This document shows, piece by piece, positions 23,029 through 31,401 of a stretch of 32,000 bases of DNA (positions are counted from its first letter, which is position 1; each line of letters starts with the position of its first letter). This DNA comes from Chamaesiphon minutus PCC 6605. Its GTDB lineage: Bacteria; Cyanobacteriota; Cyanobacteriia; Cyanobacteriales; Chamaesiphonaceae. The stretch lies in contig NC_019697.1 in NCBI RefSeq assembly GCF_000317145.1, forward strand, positions 5,785,889-5,817,888, read 5' to 3'. Both the position numbers and the translations under genes were made by a program. A model generated the notes under the pieces. It was not told where the DNA came from, ran no database searches, and saw only the letters and a program-made list of their open reading frames with translations.

Positions 23029-26000
23029 ATGTTAAAAAATATCTTTAGTTCGGCAGACGATCGCTCCGACAAAGCTACCGATCCTCTCAATCCTGTCACT
23101 CTACCTTCACAACAACCGATGTCTAATCCAGATCGCGCTGCCATGACTAGCACTAATACCAAGCAACAATTATTATCGCTACTTCAAGAGACTCAGGCTA
23201 AGCTTGAAACCGCCAATAGTCCCAACTCCGAATCACTGCGCCAAAACATTCGCAAAGCCAGAGAATTAGCCGGATTTTTGACCGTACCGGGTACCAATCC
23301 GCAGCCGCAGAGCGCGCCTGCATCTGCGGGAATCGACCCCGAAAAAATTTATCAAATCGCAACTAGAATCAGACAGGCTACATTACCGCTAGCGGCATTC
23401 AATAGTGCGGTTGCTGATATCAAAGCATTGCTCAATGCCGATCGCGTCCTGATTTACCAGTTGACTGGAGCTGGCATGGGTCGGTCGATCGCTGAAGCCG
23501 TCCAAACAGGCTTGACACCCACCCTCAATACCGAAATCCCCCAAATTGGCTTTGGCTTCGAGCAACTTACCGACGAGCGCACCCAACGGACGATCGCGTT
23601 AATTAATAGCGAAACCAGCCCTTACCAAAAGCAAATTTTGGAACAGTACCAGGTGCAGGCGACAATTGCCGTACCGATTTTAATTAACGGTTACTCGGCA
23701 GCTACCGATAGCTATAGCTTGGGTAGAGTCTGGGGTTTATTAGTCGTCCATCAATGCGATCGCCCGCGCATGTGGTCGGAAGCGGAAACCACTTGCCTAT
23801 CGCAATTATCTCTAGAACTGACGCTGGCAGTCCAGCCCAATCAACCCCTGCTGCAATTATCCCAACGCCGCGACCTGTTAGCTGCGATCGAGATCGAAGC
23901 ACAGGAATTGATGCAGACTACCCTCGACAATATCCGCCACAACCTCCAAGCCGATCGGGCGATGGTTGTCGCTTACAATCCAGACTGGAGCAGTACTGTT
24001 ATTGCCGAATCTGTCGGCGTCAACTGGGCCAAAGCGGGCACCTCACTAGATTTAGATTACTCGATTAATAACGAGAATTACAAGCCTTATTACGTCGTCA
24101 ACGACATTCAAGCCAAAGGATTCGATCGCTGCTTATTAGAATCCCTCGAACCGCTGCAAATGAAAGCGTACATCGTGGTTCCAGTCTTGAAAAACAACCA
24201 ATTGGTCGGCATGTTGGGCATCTACCAAAACTCTGGCGCGCGCAACTGGCAAGAGTCCGAACTCAATGCTATGCTCGAATATGCCAAAACATTTAGCTTC
24301 CCGATCCAGCAAACCACCAGCCGCCGTCTCGCCCAGTTTCAGACCAAAAAAATGGAGCAGCGGCTGCAACGGGAACGGGGACTCTCCAAACTCCAAGAGC
24401 GGCTCCGCAGTGCTAAAGATGAGAAAACTGTCTTTCAAGTCGCCACTCAAGATGGACGCAAATTGCTCGAAACCGATCGATTAGCGATCTATCAGTTCGA
24501 TCCCGATTGGGGCGGTCGCTTTATCGCCGAATCCGCCGCACCGGGATGGGTAGACTTGATCGAAACCGTCCATATCGTCCAAGATACCTTTCTTCAACGC
24601 ACCCAAGGCGGTCGGTACAAAGATGGCGAATGTTTTGCCGTCGATGATATCTACACCGTCGGTCACCAAACTTGTCACGTCCAACTATTAGAACAGTTTG
24701 AAGCTCGCTCTTATATGCTCGCGCCGATCTTTGGTGCCGATCGCAAACTGTGGGGACTAATTGCGGCTTATCAAAATGCCCACGTCCGTAAATGGCAAGA
24801 AGAAGAAGTCGAAACCCTGCGTCAAATGGGTCTGCAAGTCGGGATTGCCATCGAGCAGATCGATTATATCAAGCAACTCCAAAAACGTGCCGATCAAGAG
24901 CAAACCATCAACCGGATTACCGAGCGCATCCGCCAATCGCTAGTCGTCGATGATGTCTTCGCTAGTGTCGTTCAAGAAATCCGCCAAGCCTCCAAAGCCG
25001 ATCGCGCGGTTGTCTATCAGTTTAATGAAGATTGGAGCGGTCAAGTTATCGCCGAATCTGTCGGGAGTGGCTGGGTATCGCTGTTAGTCGAGCAAGCTAA
25101 AGATGAAGTCTTAGCAGGCAACCGAGCGACTAACGATCGCTGCATCCTCCGCAAATGGGCGCAAAAAGATATCACCGAAGAAGATACTTACCTCCAAAGT
25201 ACCAAAGGCGGTAAATATGCCCAAGGTTCCAAATCGACCGCAGTTGATGATATTTATGCCAAAAACTTCCCCGATTGCTACATTCAGTCGCTCGAAAAAT
25301 ATCAAGCCAAAGCTTATATCCTCGCACCGATTTTCAAAGGTGGTAACCTCTGGGGTCTGCTCGGTGTTTACCAAAATGATGCACCGCGCATCTGGGATGA
25401 CTCCGAGCGTTCGGTCATCGAACAAGTCGCCCTCCAAATTGGCGTTGCGCTGCAATTAGCTGAATACCTCGAACGCGTTCGTACTCAAGAACAGGAACTC
25501 TCCCAAATTGTCGATCGAGAGCGCGCTAACCGCCAAGAATTGGAACAAGAGGCTCTGCGAGTCCTCAAAGCGATCGGACCCTCCTTCCGAGGCGATTTAA
25601 CCGTCCGTGCGCCGCTATCTGAAACCGAGATCGGCACGATCGCCGATGGTTACAATACCACCATCCAAAGTCTGCGCGAACTAGTGCGCCAAGTTCAGAC
25701 CGCCGCGATTAGCGTGAGTGAGACTTCGAGCGAAAACAACCTGTTGGTTAACAATCTCTCGGCTCAAGCACAACAAGAACTCGAACAACTCGATCGCGCC
25801 TTGGTGCAAGTAGATCTGATGGCCGCTTCTAGTAAAGAAGTTGCCGAATTTGCCCAAAAAGTCGAACAAGTCGTCCAATCGGCCAACCGCACCGTTCAAA
25901 ACGGTGACACGTTGATGGAAAGCACAGTGGAAGAGATTCTGGAAATCCGCTCCACCGTATCGACAACTGCTAAGAAAATCAAACGTCTGGGTGAAACCTT

Positions 26001-26526
26001 CCAGAAGATTTCTAAAGTTGTCAACCTGATCGAAAACTTCGCCACCCAAACCAACCTACTCGCACTAAATGCTTCGATCGAAGCCACCCGTGCGGGTCAA
26101 TACGGTAAAGGTTTCGCAGTGGTCGCCGATGAAGTTCGCTCCCTGGCTTACCAATCTGCCAATGCAACCACCGAAATCGAACGCTTAGTAGATGAAATCC
26201 GGATCGACACCAACGACGTTACCGAAGCCATGGAAATCGGGATCGCTCAAGTCGTCCAAGGCACCAACTTAGTCAACGAAACCAGACAGAGCCTCAGCGA
26301 GATCGTAGTTGCCACTGGCCAGATCAGCGAACTCGTCAAAGCCATCAGTCAATCTGCGGGTACTCAAACCAAACAGTCCCAAAAACTGAGCGAAGCAATG
26401 ATCGACGTCGCCACGATCGCCAATCTCAGCTCCGACAGCGCACTCCAAATCTCCGAATCTTGTCAACAGCTCATTGCCACTTCGCAAGTGTTGGAGACTA
26501 GCGTGAGCCGATTTAAGGTGGACTAG
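23029..26526 (+). CDS. Soluble methyl-accepting chemotaxis protein with four GAF domains (PixJ/PtxD-like putative cyanobacteriochrome photoreceptor)
   Basis: 1165 aa with no hydrophobic TM segment. GAF-like blocks lie at about nt 23431-23833, 23944-24300, 24466-24858 and 24994-25455. A HAMP-like linker follows ([28 protein letters not shown]). The C-terminal MCP signalling domain contains [40 protein letters not shown]. Confidence 0.9.
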   Translation: MLKNIFSSADDRSDKATDPLNPVTLPSQQPMSNPDRAAMTSTNTKQQLLSLLQETQAKLETANSPNSESLRQNIRKARELAGFLTVPGTNPQPQSAPASAGIDPEKIYQIATRIRQATLPLAAFNSAVADIKALLNADRVLIYQLTGAGMGRSIAEAVQTGLTPTLNTEIPQIGFGFEQLTDERTQRTIALINSETSPYQKQILEQYQVQATIAVPILINGYSAATDSYSLGRVWGLLVVHQCDRPRMWSEAETTCLSQLSLELTLAVQPNQPLLQLSQRRDLLAAIEIEAQELMQTTLDNIRHNLQADRAMVVAYNPDWSSTVIAESVGVNWAKAGTSLDLDYSINNENYKPYYVVNDIQAKGFDRCLLESLEPLQMKAYIVVPVLKNNQLVGMLGIYQNSGARNWQESELNAMLEYAKTFSFPIQQTTSRRLAQFQTKKMEQRLQRERGLSKLQERLRSAKDEKTVFQVATQDGRKLLETDRLAIYQFDPDWGGRFIAESAAPGWVDLIETVHIVQDTFLQRTQGGRYKDGECFAVDDIYTVGHQTCHVQLLEQFEARSYMLAPIFGADRKLWGLIAAYQNAHVRKWQEEEVETLRQMGLQVGIAIEQIDYIKQLQKRADQEQTINRITERIRQSLVVDDVFASVVQEIRQASKADRAVVYQFNEDWSGQVIAESVGSGWVSLLVEQAKDEVLAGNRATNDRCILRKWAQKDITEEDTYLQSTKGGKYAQGSKSTAVDDIYAKNFPDCYIQSLEKYQAKAYILAPIFKGGNLWGLLGVYQNDAPRIWDDSERSVIEQVALQIGVALQLAEYLERVRTQEQELSQIVDRERANRQELEQEALRVLKAIGPSFRGDLTVRAPLSETEIGTIADGYNTTIQSLRELVRQVQTAAISVSETSSENNLLVNNLSAQAQQELEQLDRALVQVDLMAASSKEVAEFAQKVEQVVQSANRTVQNGDTLMESTVEEILEIRSTVSTTAKKIKRLGETFQKISKVVNLIENFATQTNLLALNASIEATRAGQYGKGFAVVADEVRSLAYQSANATTEIERLVDEIRIDTNDVTEAMEIGIAQVVQGTNLVNETRQSLSEIVVATGQISELVKAISQSAGTQTKQSQKLSEAMIDVATIANLSSDSALQISESCQQLIATSQVLETSVSRFKVD

Positions 26527-26568
26527 GGAATAGGGAATAGGGAATAGGGGATAGGGAATAGGGATTAG
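26524..26568. repeat. Tandem heptamer array (TAGGGAA, about 6 units)
   Basis: tagggaa tagggaa tagggaa tagggga tagggaa tagggat. The array begins with the TAG stop codon of the MCP gene. Confidence 0.95.
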
Positions 26569-26660
26569 ACAAATAGGACGGACGCTAGCGTCCTAAACCT
26601 AAAGACTCAAACCTAAAATCCTATCCTCTATCCCCTAAGTATCCCTAACCTCTAACCCTT

Positions 26661-26695
26661 CCCCTATCCCCTATCCCCTATCCCCTATCCCCTAA
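26661..26695. repeat. Tandem heptamer array (CCCCTAT x5), inverted relative to the 26524 array
   Basis: cccctat x4 then cccctaa, ending on the base before the CheA ATG at 26696. More degenerate copies extend upstream to about 26618. Confidence 0.95.
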
Positions 26696-29600
26696 ATGAC
26701 CACCGACGATCTAGATTTTCAAGAGTCACTCGATCGATACTTTGAGATCGAAGCGGCGGAATTATTACAAACGATCGAACAAACACTCCTGAGTCTGGTT
26801 CAAGAAAAAACGATCGAGCGCGTCCATACTCTCATGCGTGCAGCGCATACGATTAAGGGTAGTGCGGCCAATTGTGGTTTCAAAACGATCGAAACGATCG
26901 CCCATCACCTCGAAGATGTCTTCCAGGCACTATATCCACCCGAATTAGAGATCGATCCCGAACTGGGACTGCTCTTAATGGAAGGTTACGATTGTCTGTA
27001 CGATCCTTTGAGCGCGTTGTTGGCGGGAGTTCCCTACGACGAAGCCGCGACCCTCGAGCGAACGGCAGCATTATTTGCGAGGTTACAAACTCATTTAGGC
27101 GACTTTTTTGGGCGAGAGACACCATTACCGACCGCCGCCGAACTCGGTTTTGATGTAATCGGCTCGATTTTTACCGATAGCATCCCACAAGATCTCGAAG
27201 ATCTCTCGATCGCGATCGCCAGTCAAAATGTGGGTAGGGTAAAAGAGAGTCTCAACTCGTTAGCCGAATTTTTATTGGAGTTGGGTGGCTCTTATAGTCT
27301 CCCTGGTATTGCGGCGATCGCCAAGACGACGCTAGCCGCTGTAGAGCGTCATCCAGGCAGAGTGCTAGAGCTAGCACCGATTGCCTTGGCCAATTTTCAA
27401 CAAGCCCAAATCGCGATCGTCGGTGGCGATCGATCGGTTGGTGGTGAAGTATCATTTGAATTAGCAGCTTGGGGTGACTCTCAGACCCTGACAACAGCTC
27501 CAGCCACAGATGAATCTAGTTCCGCCGAATGGTTATCGTTAGTCGATAACGACACTACCACCGCCAAAGCCCCGACTGCCGAATCAAATGCTTCAGAATG
27601 GCTCTCCTTAGTCGATAACGATACTACCACAGCAGCCACAACTACGAGCGATGCGGCTGCTTCGGAATGGTTATCGTTAGTCGATAACGACACTACTACC
27701 GCCGAAACCACGACTGCCGAATCAAATGCTTCGGAATGGCTCTCCTTAGTCGATAACGATACTACCACCGTAGCCACAACTACGAGCGATGCGGCTGCTT
27801 CGGAATGGTTATCGTTAGTCGATCGTGACACCACTCCCGCCGAAACCACGACTGTCGAATCAAATGCTTCGGAATGGTTATCGTTAGTCGATAATGACAT
27901 TACTCCGGCTGAAACTACAACTACGAGCGATGTGGCTGCTTCGGAATGGTTATCGTTAGTCGATAACGACACTACTCCCGAAATTTACGACGAACCGCAA
28001 GAGCACGCTCGATTGCATCAGATCGTCGATGCCGATTTAGAGATTGTTGAGATTGGAGCGTTCGAGCCAGATCGGACAGAATATCTCATCGAAGCAACCG
28101 ATAGCTCGCAATTGGCGCATATCTCTACACCCAACTCCCAGCTAGCTCTGACTACTCAATCGGGAATCGATCGCATTTTCCAATCGATTTGGCTCGGACA
28201 GCTAGAAGCCACTGCCGAAGACCTCAATCCGCCAGCACCAGAGCGGATGGTACCAGAGCGCGAAGCAGCACCCGATGCGCTAGTAAGCGTGCGCGTAGCC
28301 ACAGTCCAACTCGAACGGCTCAGTCATGCCATCGGCGAACTGACGATCGACGATAACCAACAATTCCTCCGCGCCGAGCAATTACAAAGACTCGCCCAAT
28401 CTACCGTCGAACAATACCGTCGCTGCGAGCAAAAGCTGCGTCTAGTCAGCGATTGGGCCGATAAAAATGCCGCGATCGACGAACGCCAAAAACTGGCATC
28501 GCGGCGCAAACAATCTACCAAAAATAAAACTAAAAAAGGCAAAAAAGCAGCCAATGAGATCGTCGCTCATTTCGATAGTCTCGAATTAGATGTCTATAGC
28601 GACTTGAGCATCTCGATCCAAAATCTCACCGACGAGCTGGCCGAACTCGGCCTCAAGGTAGGGAATTTGGCAGAAATGACCCAGAGAGCGCGGATGACCT
28701 TGGGCAAACGCAAGCAAATCCTCGCTGATGCCCAGTCGGAACTATTTGAAGCCAGAATGGTGGAAATTGCTGGCGTCCTCAATCGCTTCCCGCGCTTGCT
28801 CCAGCAAATGGTCGCCTCTCATCGCAAACCCGCCCAATTACAACTGATCGGTAGCGAAGTTTCGATCGATAAAATTATCGCCGAAAAACTCTACGATCCT
28901 TTACTCCACCTAGTTAGGAACGCCTACGACCACGGCATCGAATCGCCAGAAATTCGTGCCAGCCAAGGTAAAGCCCCGATCGGACAATTGACGATCCAAG
29001 TCTATCACCAAGGCAACCGCACCAAAATCGAAGTCAGCGATGACGGCCAAGGTTTGAACTGGGATAAAATTCGCCAGCGCGCGATCGATATGCACCTACT
29101 GCAAGCCAGTCACGCGGCAACCGAAGCCGAGTTGGCCGAAATTATGTTTGCTCCCGGATTTTCGACCGCTGACAAAGTTAACGATCTTTCCGGTCGCGGC
29201 ATTGGTTTAGACGTCGTCCGCGACCGAATTGGAGCCTTACAGGGCACGATCGACGTGCGCTCTGTCGCAGGTCAAGGCACCACCTTTGTGATGCAATTCC
29301 CCCTCAATCTCACCACCACTCGGTTGATGATTTGTGAGTCCCAAGGCTTCGTCCATGCCCTGCGAGCGGATGCCATTTCGCAAGTATTACTGCCCTCACC
29401 CGATCGAATCGTCTCCCAGTCCTTGCTTTCAGACAAAGATTCTTCCACATTTTTACGCTGGGGCGAAGGAGCCGAACAGAAATTAATTCCTATTTATGCA
29501 GTCAATAGTCTCCTCGACTATCGGTGCCAAATCGTCGCTGGCGATCTTAGTGCCAGCACGCTGTTCCCCATCCAATCCAAACACAGCACCAACGCCTTAC

Positions 29601-30334
29601 TGTTACTAGAAATCAACGACGATCGCATCTGTCTCGAAGTCAGCCGCATCTTGATGGAGCAAGAACTAGTTGTCAAATCGCTCGGTCAAACCTTTGAATT
29701 GCCTAATTATATTCAAGGTTATAGCGTCCTGGGCGATGGCAGTCTGACACTCGCCCTCGATCCTGTAGAACTCATCGCTCGCGTTAAAGCCAGTAACAAC
29801 CCTGTTACTCAGTCTATCCCCGCGAAATTGCCTACCCTACCAGCAACCACCCAACCCGCATTAGCTCCAGCCAGCGATGTACCCTTGCCCGAAGAAGTAG
29901 CATCAACCCTCGGCGATCTCAACAGCCACAATGCCGCTTCCACTGGGCGACAGCTACAAGTCTTAGTCGTCGATGACTCCCTGGTTCAACGCCAAAGCTT
30001 GGCTCGCTCCCTCACTAAAGCTGGCTGTCAAGTTATCCAAGCCAGCCACGGACGCGAAGGCATCCTCCGACTCCAAGAACATCCCCGCATTCGCCTGGTA
30101 GTTTGCGATATCGAAATGCCCCAAATGAATGGATTCGAGTTTCTCAGCTATTGTCGCCAAGATCCCAAATTCTCTCAAATTCCGATCGTCATGCTCACCA
30201 CGCGCGGCGGTCAAAAACACCGCGATCTCGCTATGACTTTAGGAGCTAAAGACTACCTTACCAAGCCCCAATCCGATCGAGATTTATTAGACATCATCGC
30301 GACACTAGCACAGCCTAGTGAAGTAGGAGTCTAG
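26696..30334 (+). CDS. Hybrid CheA-type histidine kinase (Hpt, repeat linker, dimerisation, HATPase, CheW-like, REC), PixL/PilL-like
   Basis: 1212 aa. Hpt AAHTIKGSAANCG (His51), P3-like VRVATVQLERLSHAIGELTI, N-box LLHLVRNAYDHGIE, G1 DDGQGL, G2 GRGIGLDVV, an internal CheW-like domain, and a C-terminal REC (VLVVDDS, VVCDIEMPQMNGFEF, DYLTKP). Confidence 0.9.
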   Translation: MTTDDLDFQESLDRYFEIEAAELLQTIEQTLLSLVQEKTIERVHTLMRAAHTIKGSAANCGFKTIETIAHHLEDVFQALYPPELEIDPELGLLLMEGYDCLYDPLSALLAGVPYDEAATLERTAALFARLQTHLGDFFGRETPLPTAAELGFDVIGSIFTDSIPQDLEDLSIAIASQNVGRVKESLNSLAEFLLELGGSYSLPGIAAIAKTTLAAVERHPGRVLELAPIALANFQQAQIAIVGGDRSVGGEVSFELAAWGDSQTLTTAPATDESSSAEWLSLVDNDTTTAKAPTAESNASEWLSLVDNDTTTAATTTSDAAASEWLSLVDNDTTTAETTTAESNASEWLSLVDNDTTTVATTTSDAAASEWLSLVDRDTTPAETTTVESNASEWLSLVDNDITPAETTTTSDVAASEWLSLVDNDTTPEIYDEPQEHARLHQIVDADLEIVEIGAFEPDRTEYLIEATDSSQLAHISTPNSQLALTTQSGIDRIFQSIWLGQLEATAEDLNPPAPERMVPEREAAPDALVSVRVATVQLERLSHAIGELTIDDNQQFLRAEQLQRLAQSTVEQYRRCEQKLRLVSDWADKNAAIDERQKLASRRKQSTKNKTKKGKKAANEIVAHFDSLELDVYSDLSISIQNLTDELAELGLKVGNLAEMTQRARMTLGKRKQILADAQSELFEARMVEIAGVLNRFPRLLQQMVASHRKPAQLQLIGSEVSIDKIIAEKLYDPLLHLVRNAYDHGIESPEIRASQGKAPIGQLTIQVYHQGNRTKIEVSDDGQGLNWDKIRQRAIDMHLLQASHAATEAELAEIMFAPGFSTADKVNDLSGRGIGLDVVRDRIGALQGTIDVRSVAGQGTTFVMQFPLNLTTTRLMICESQGFVHALRADAISQVLLPSPDRIVSQSLLSDKDSSTFLRWGEGAEQKLIPIYAVNSLLDYRCQIVAGDLSASTLFPIQSKHSTNALLLLEINDDRICLEVSRILMEQELVVKSLGQTFELPNYIQGYSVLGDGSLTLALDPVELIARVKASNNPVTQSIPAKLPTLPATTQPALAPASDVPLPEEVASTLGDLNSHNAASTGRQLQVLVVDDSLVQRQSLARSLTKAGCQVIQASHGREGILRLQEHPRIRLVVCDIEMPQMNGFEFLSYCRQDPKFSQIPIVMLTTRGGQKHRDLAMTLGAKDYLTKPQSDRDLLDIIATLAQPSEVGV
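27515..27980 (+). repeat. Intragenic tandem repeat: seven 69-nt units (one of 72 nt) encoding SEWLSLVDNDTT... within the CheA linker
   Basis: GAATGG starts at 27527, 27596, 27665, 27734, 27803, 27872 and 27944. Two unit subtypes alternate through the first four copies, giving a 138-nt super-repeat. Confidence 0.95.
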
Positions 30335-30461
30335 GATTTAGGCTTTAGGCTTTAGGCTTTAGGCTTTAGGCTTTAGGTTTTAGGCTTTAGGCTTTAGGCT
30401 TTAGGCTTTAGGCTTTAGGCTTTAGGCTTTAGGCTTTAGGCTTTAGGCTTTAGGCTTTAGG
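30334..30461. repeat. STRR-like heptamer array (GGCTTTA, about 18 units)
   Basis: ggattta ggcttta ... with one ggtttta variant. The array starts on the last base of the CheA stop codon. It has the same unit and orientation as the 20221-20307 array. Confidence 0.95.
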
Positions 30462-30486
30462 AACTGCGTTCTCTAAATTCATTACT

Positions 30487-30521
30487 TCCCCCTCTCCCCC
30501 TCTCCCCCTCTCCCCCTCCCC
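30487..30521. repeat. Tandem octamer array (TCCCCCTC x4)
   Basis: tccccctc x4 followed by ccc, ending 4 nt before ATG 30526. Confidence 0.9.
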
Positions 30522-30525
30522 TAGA

Positions 30526-31062
30526 ATGACTTCCTCCCTCCTATCCCAACGGTTAGCTAGTAATAACGAAGATGGCAATACGATCGACGCGATCGTGTTT
30601 GCCCTAGCCGATATCGAACAGACACCAATGGCCAACTACCTGTTTGCGATGCCTGTAGCAGCCGTGGAAAAAGCGATCGTCTATCCATCAGAGCGAGCAG
30701 TGCTCAGAGATGGGATTGGCATCATGAATTTGGGTGCAGAAACTTTGACAATTGTCGATTTACGCCAAAAATTCGCCTCGATCGATCCGCTCCAGGATTC
30801 TTCCAAATTTCTGATCTTATTTCATACCCACGCTGGCGAATTGTGCGCTCTTCCCATCAAAGATGCACCAGTATTAATGGACATCGATCCCGCCATGATT
30901 CGATCTCTTCCGCTAGCTTATCGCGAAGTCAATCAGCTTAGTTTTATCTCCCAAATGGCGATCGTCCCGCAAGAAGGTAACCTAGCACCATTACAGATTC
31001 TACTCATTGGCTTCGACCCGATCGATCCAAACAGATCGAACAGATCCAGTCACTTGAATTAA
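30526..31062 (+). CDS. Second CheW-like domain protein
   Basis: 178 aa. YLFAMPVAAVEKAIVYP, GIGIMNLGAETLTIVDLRQKF and ELCALPIKDAPVLMDID fit a divergent CheW-like domain. The gene lies directly after the CheA gene. Confidence 0.65.
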   Translation: MTSSLLSQRLASNNEDGNTIDAIVFALADIEQTPMANYLFAMPVAAVEKAIVYPSERAVLRDGIGIMNLGAETLTIVDLRQKFASIDPLQDSSKFLILFHTHAGELCALPIKDAPVLMDIDPAMIRSLPLAYREVNQLSFISQMAIVPQEGNLAPLQILLIGFDPIDPNRSNRSSHLN

Positions 31063-31327
31063 GTAGGAATTTAGGCGTCGCTGTCTCGCTTCCATGGTCG
31101 GGAGCGACGCATCGAACGGGATGTATTTGTCGAATTCGCTGTAGCCGTTGATGATGCCGAAGGTGGGCACTGCCCACAGAACATGTCGAGTCGTAGCAAA
31201 AAGAATTTAAACTGCTTTTATCGATCGCAATCTCTTCACGAATCGATCGTACCCAAATTCTATGAAACGCTGGAATTTTCTGTCGATCGCATTCATTATA
31301 TGCCGCCTTTCAAAGTTAATTGAATGC

Positions 31328-31374
31328 GATCGATCTTGGGATAGTGGGCATTGCCCACTATCCCAAGATCGATC
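31328..31374. repeat. 47-bp perfect palindrome; probable terminator or structured element 3' of the minus-strand gene
   Basis: GATCGATCTTGGGATAGTGGGCA-t-TGCCCACTATCCCAAGATCGATC, with 23-nt perfect arms. The core GTGGGCA-N-TGCCCAC recurs at 31163-31177. Confidence 0.8.
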
Positions 31375-31401
31375 TATCTAAAATTTATCGATCGTCAAAA
31401 T

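Noticed and set aside
27481-27972. 163-aa minus-strand ORF (MSLSTNDNHSEAA...)
   Set aside because: It is the antisense shadow of the CheA tandem repeat. It has the same periodicity and no independent start context, and it is fully embedded in a well-supported gene.
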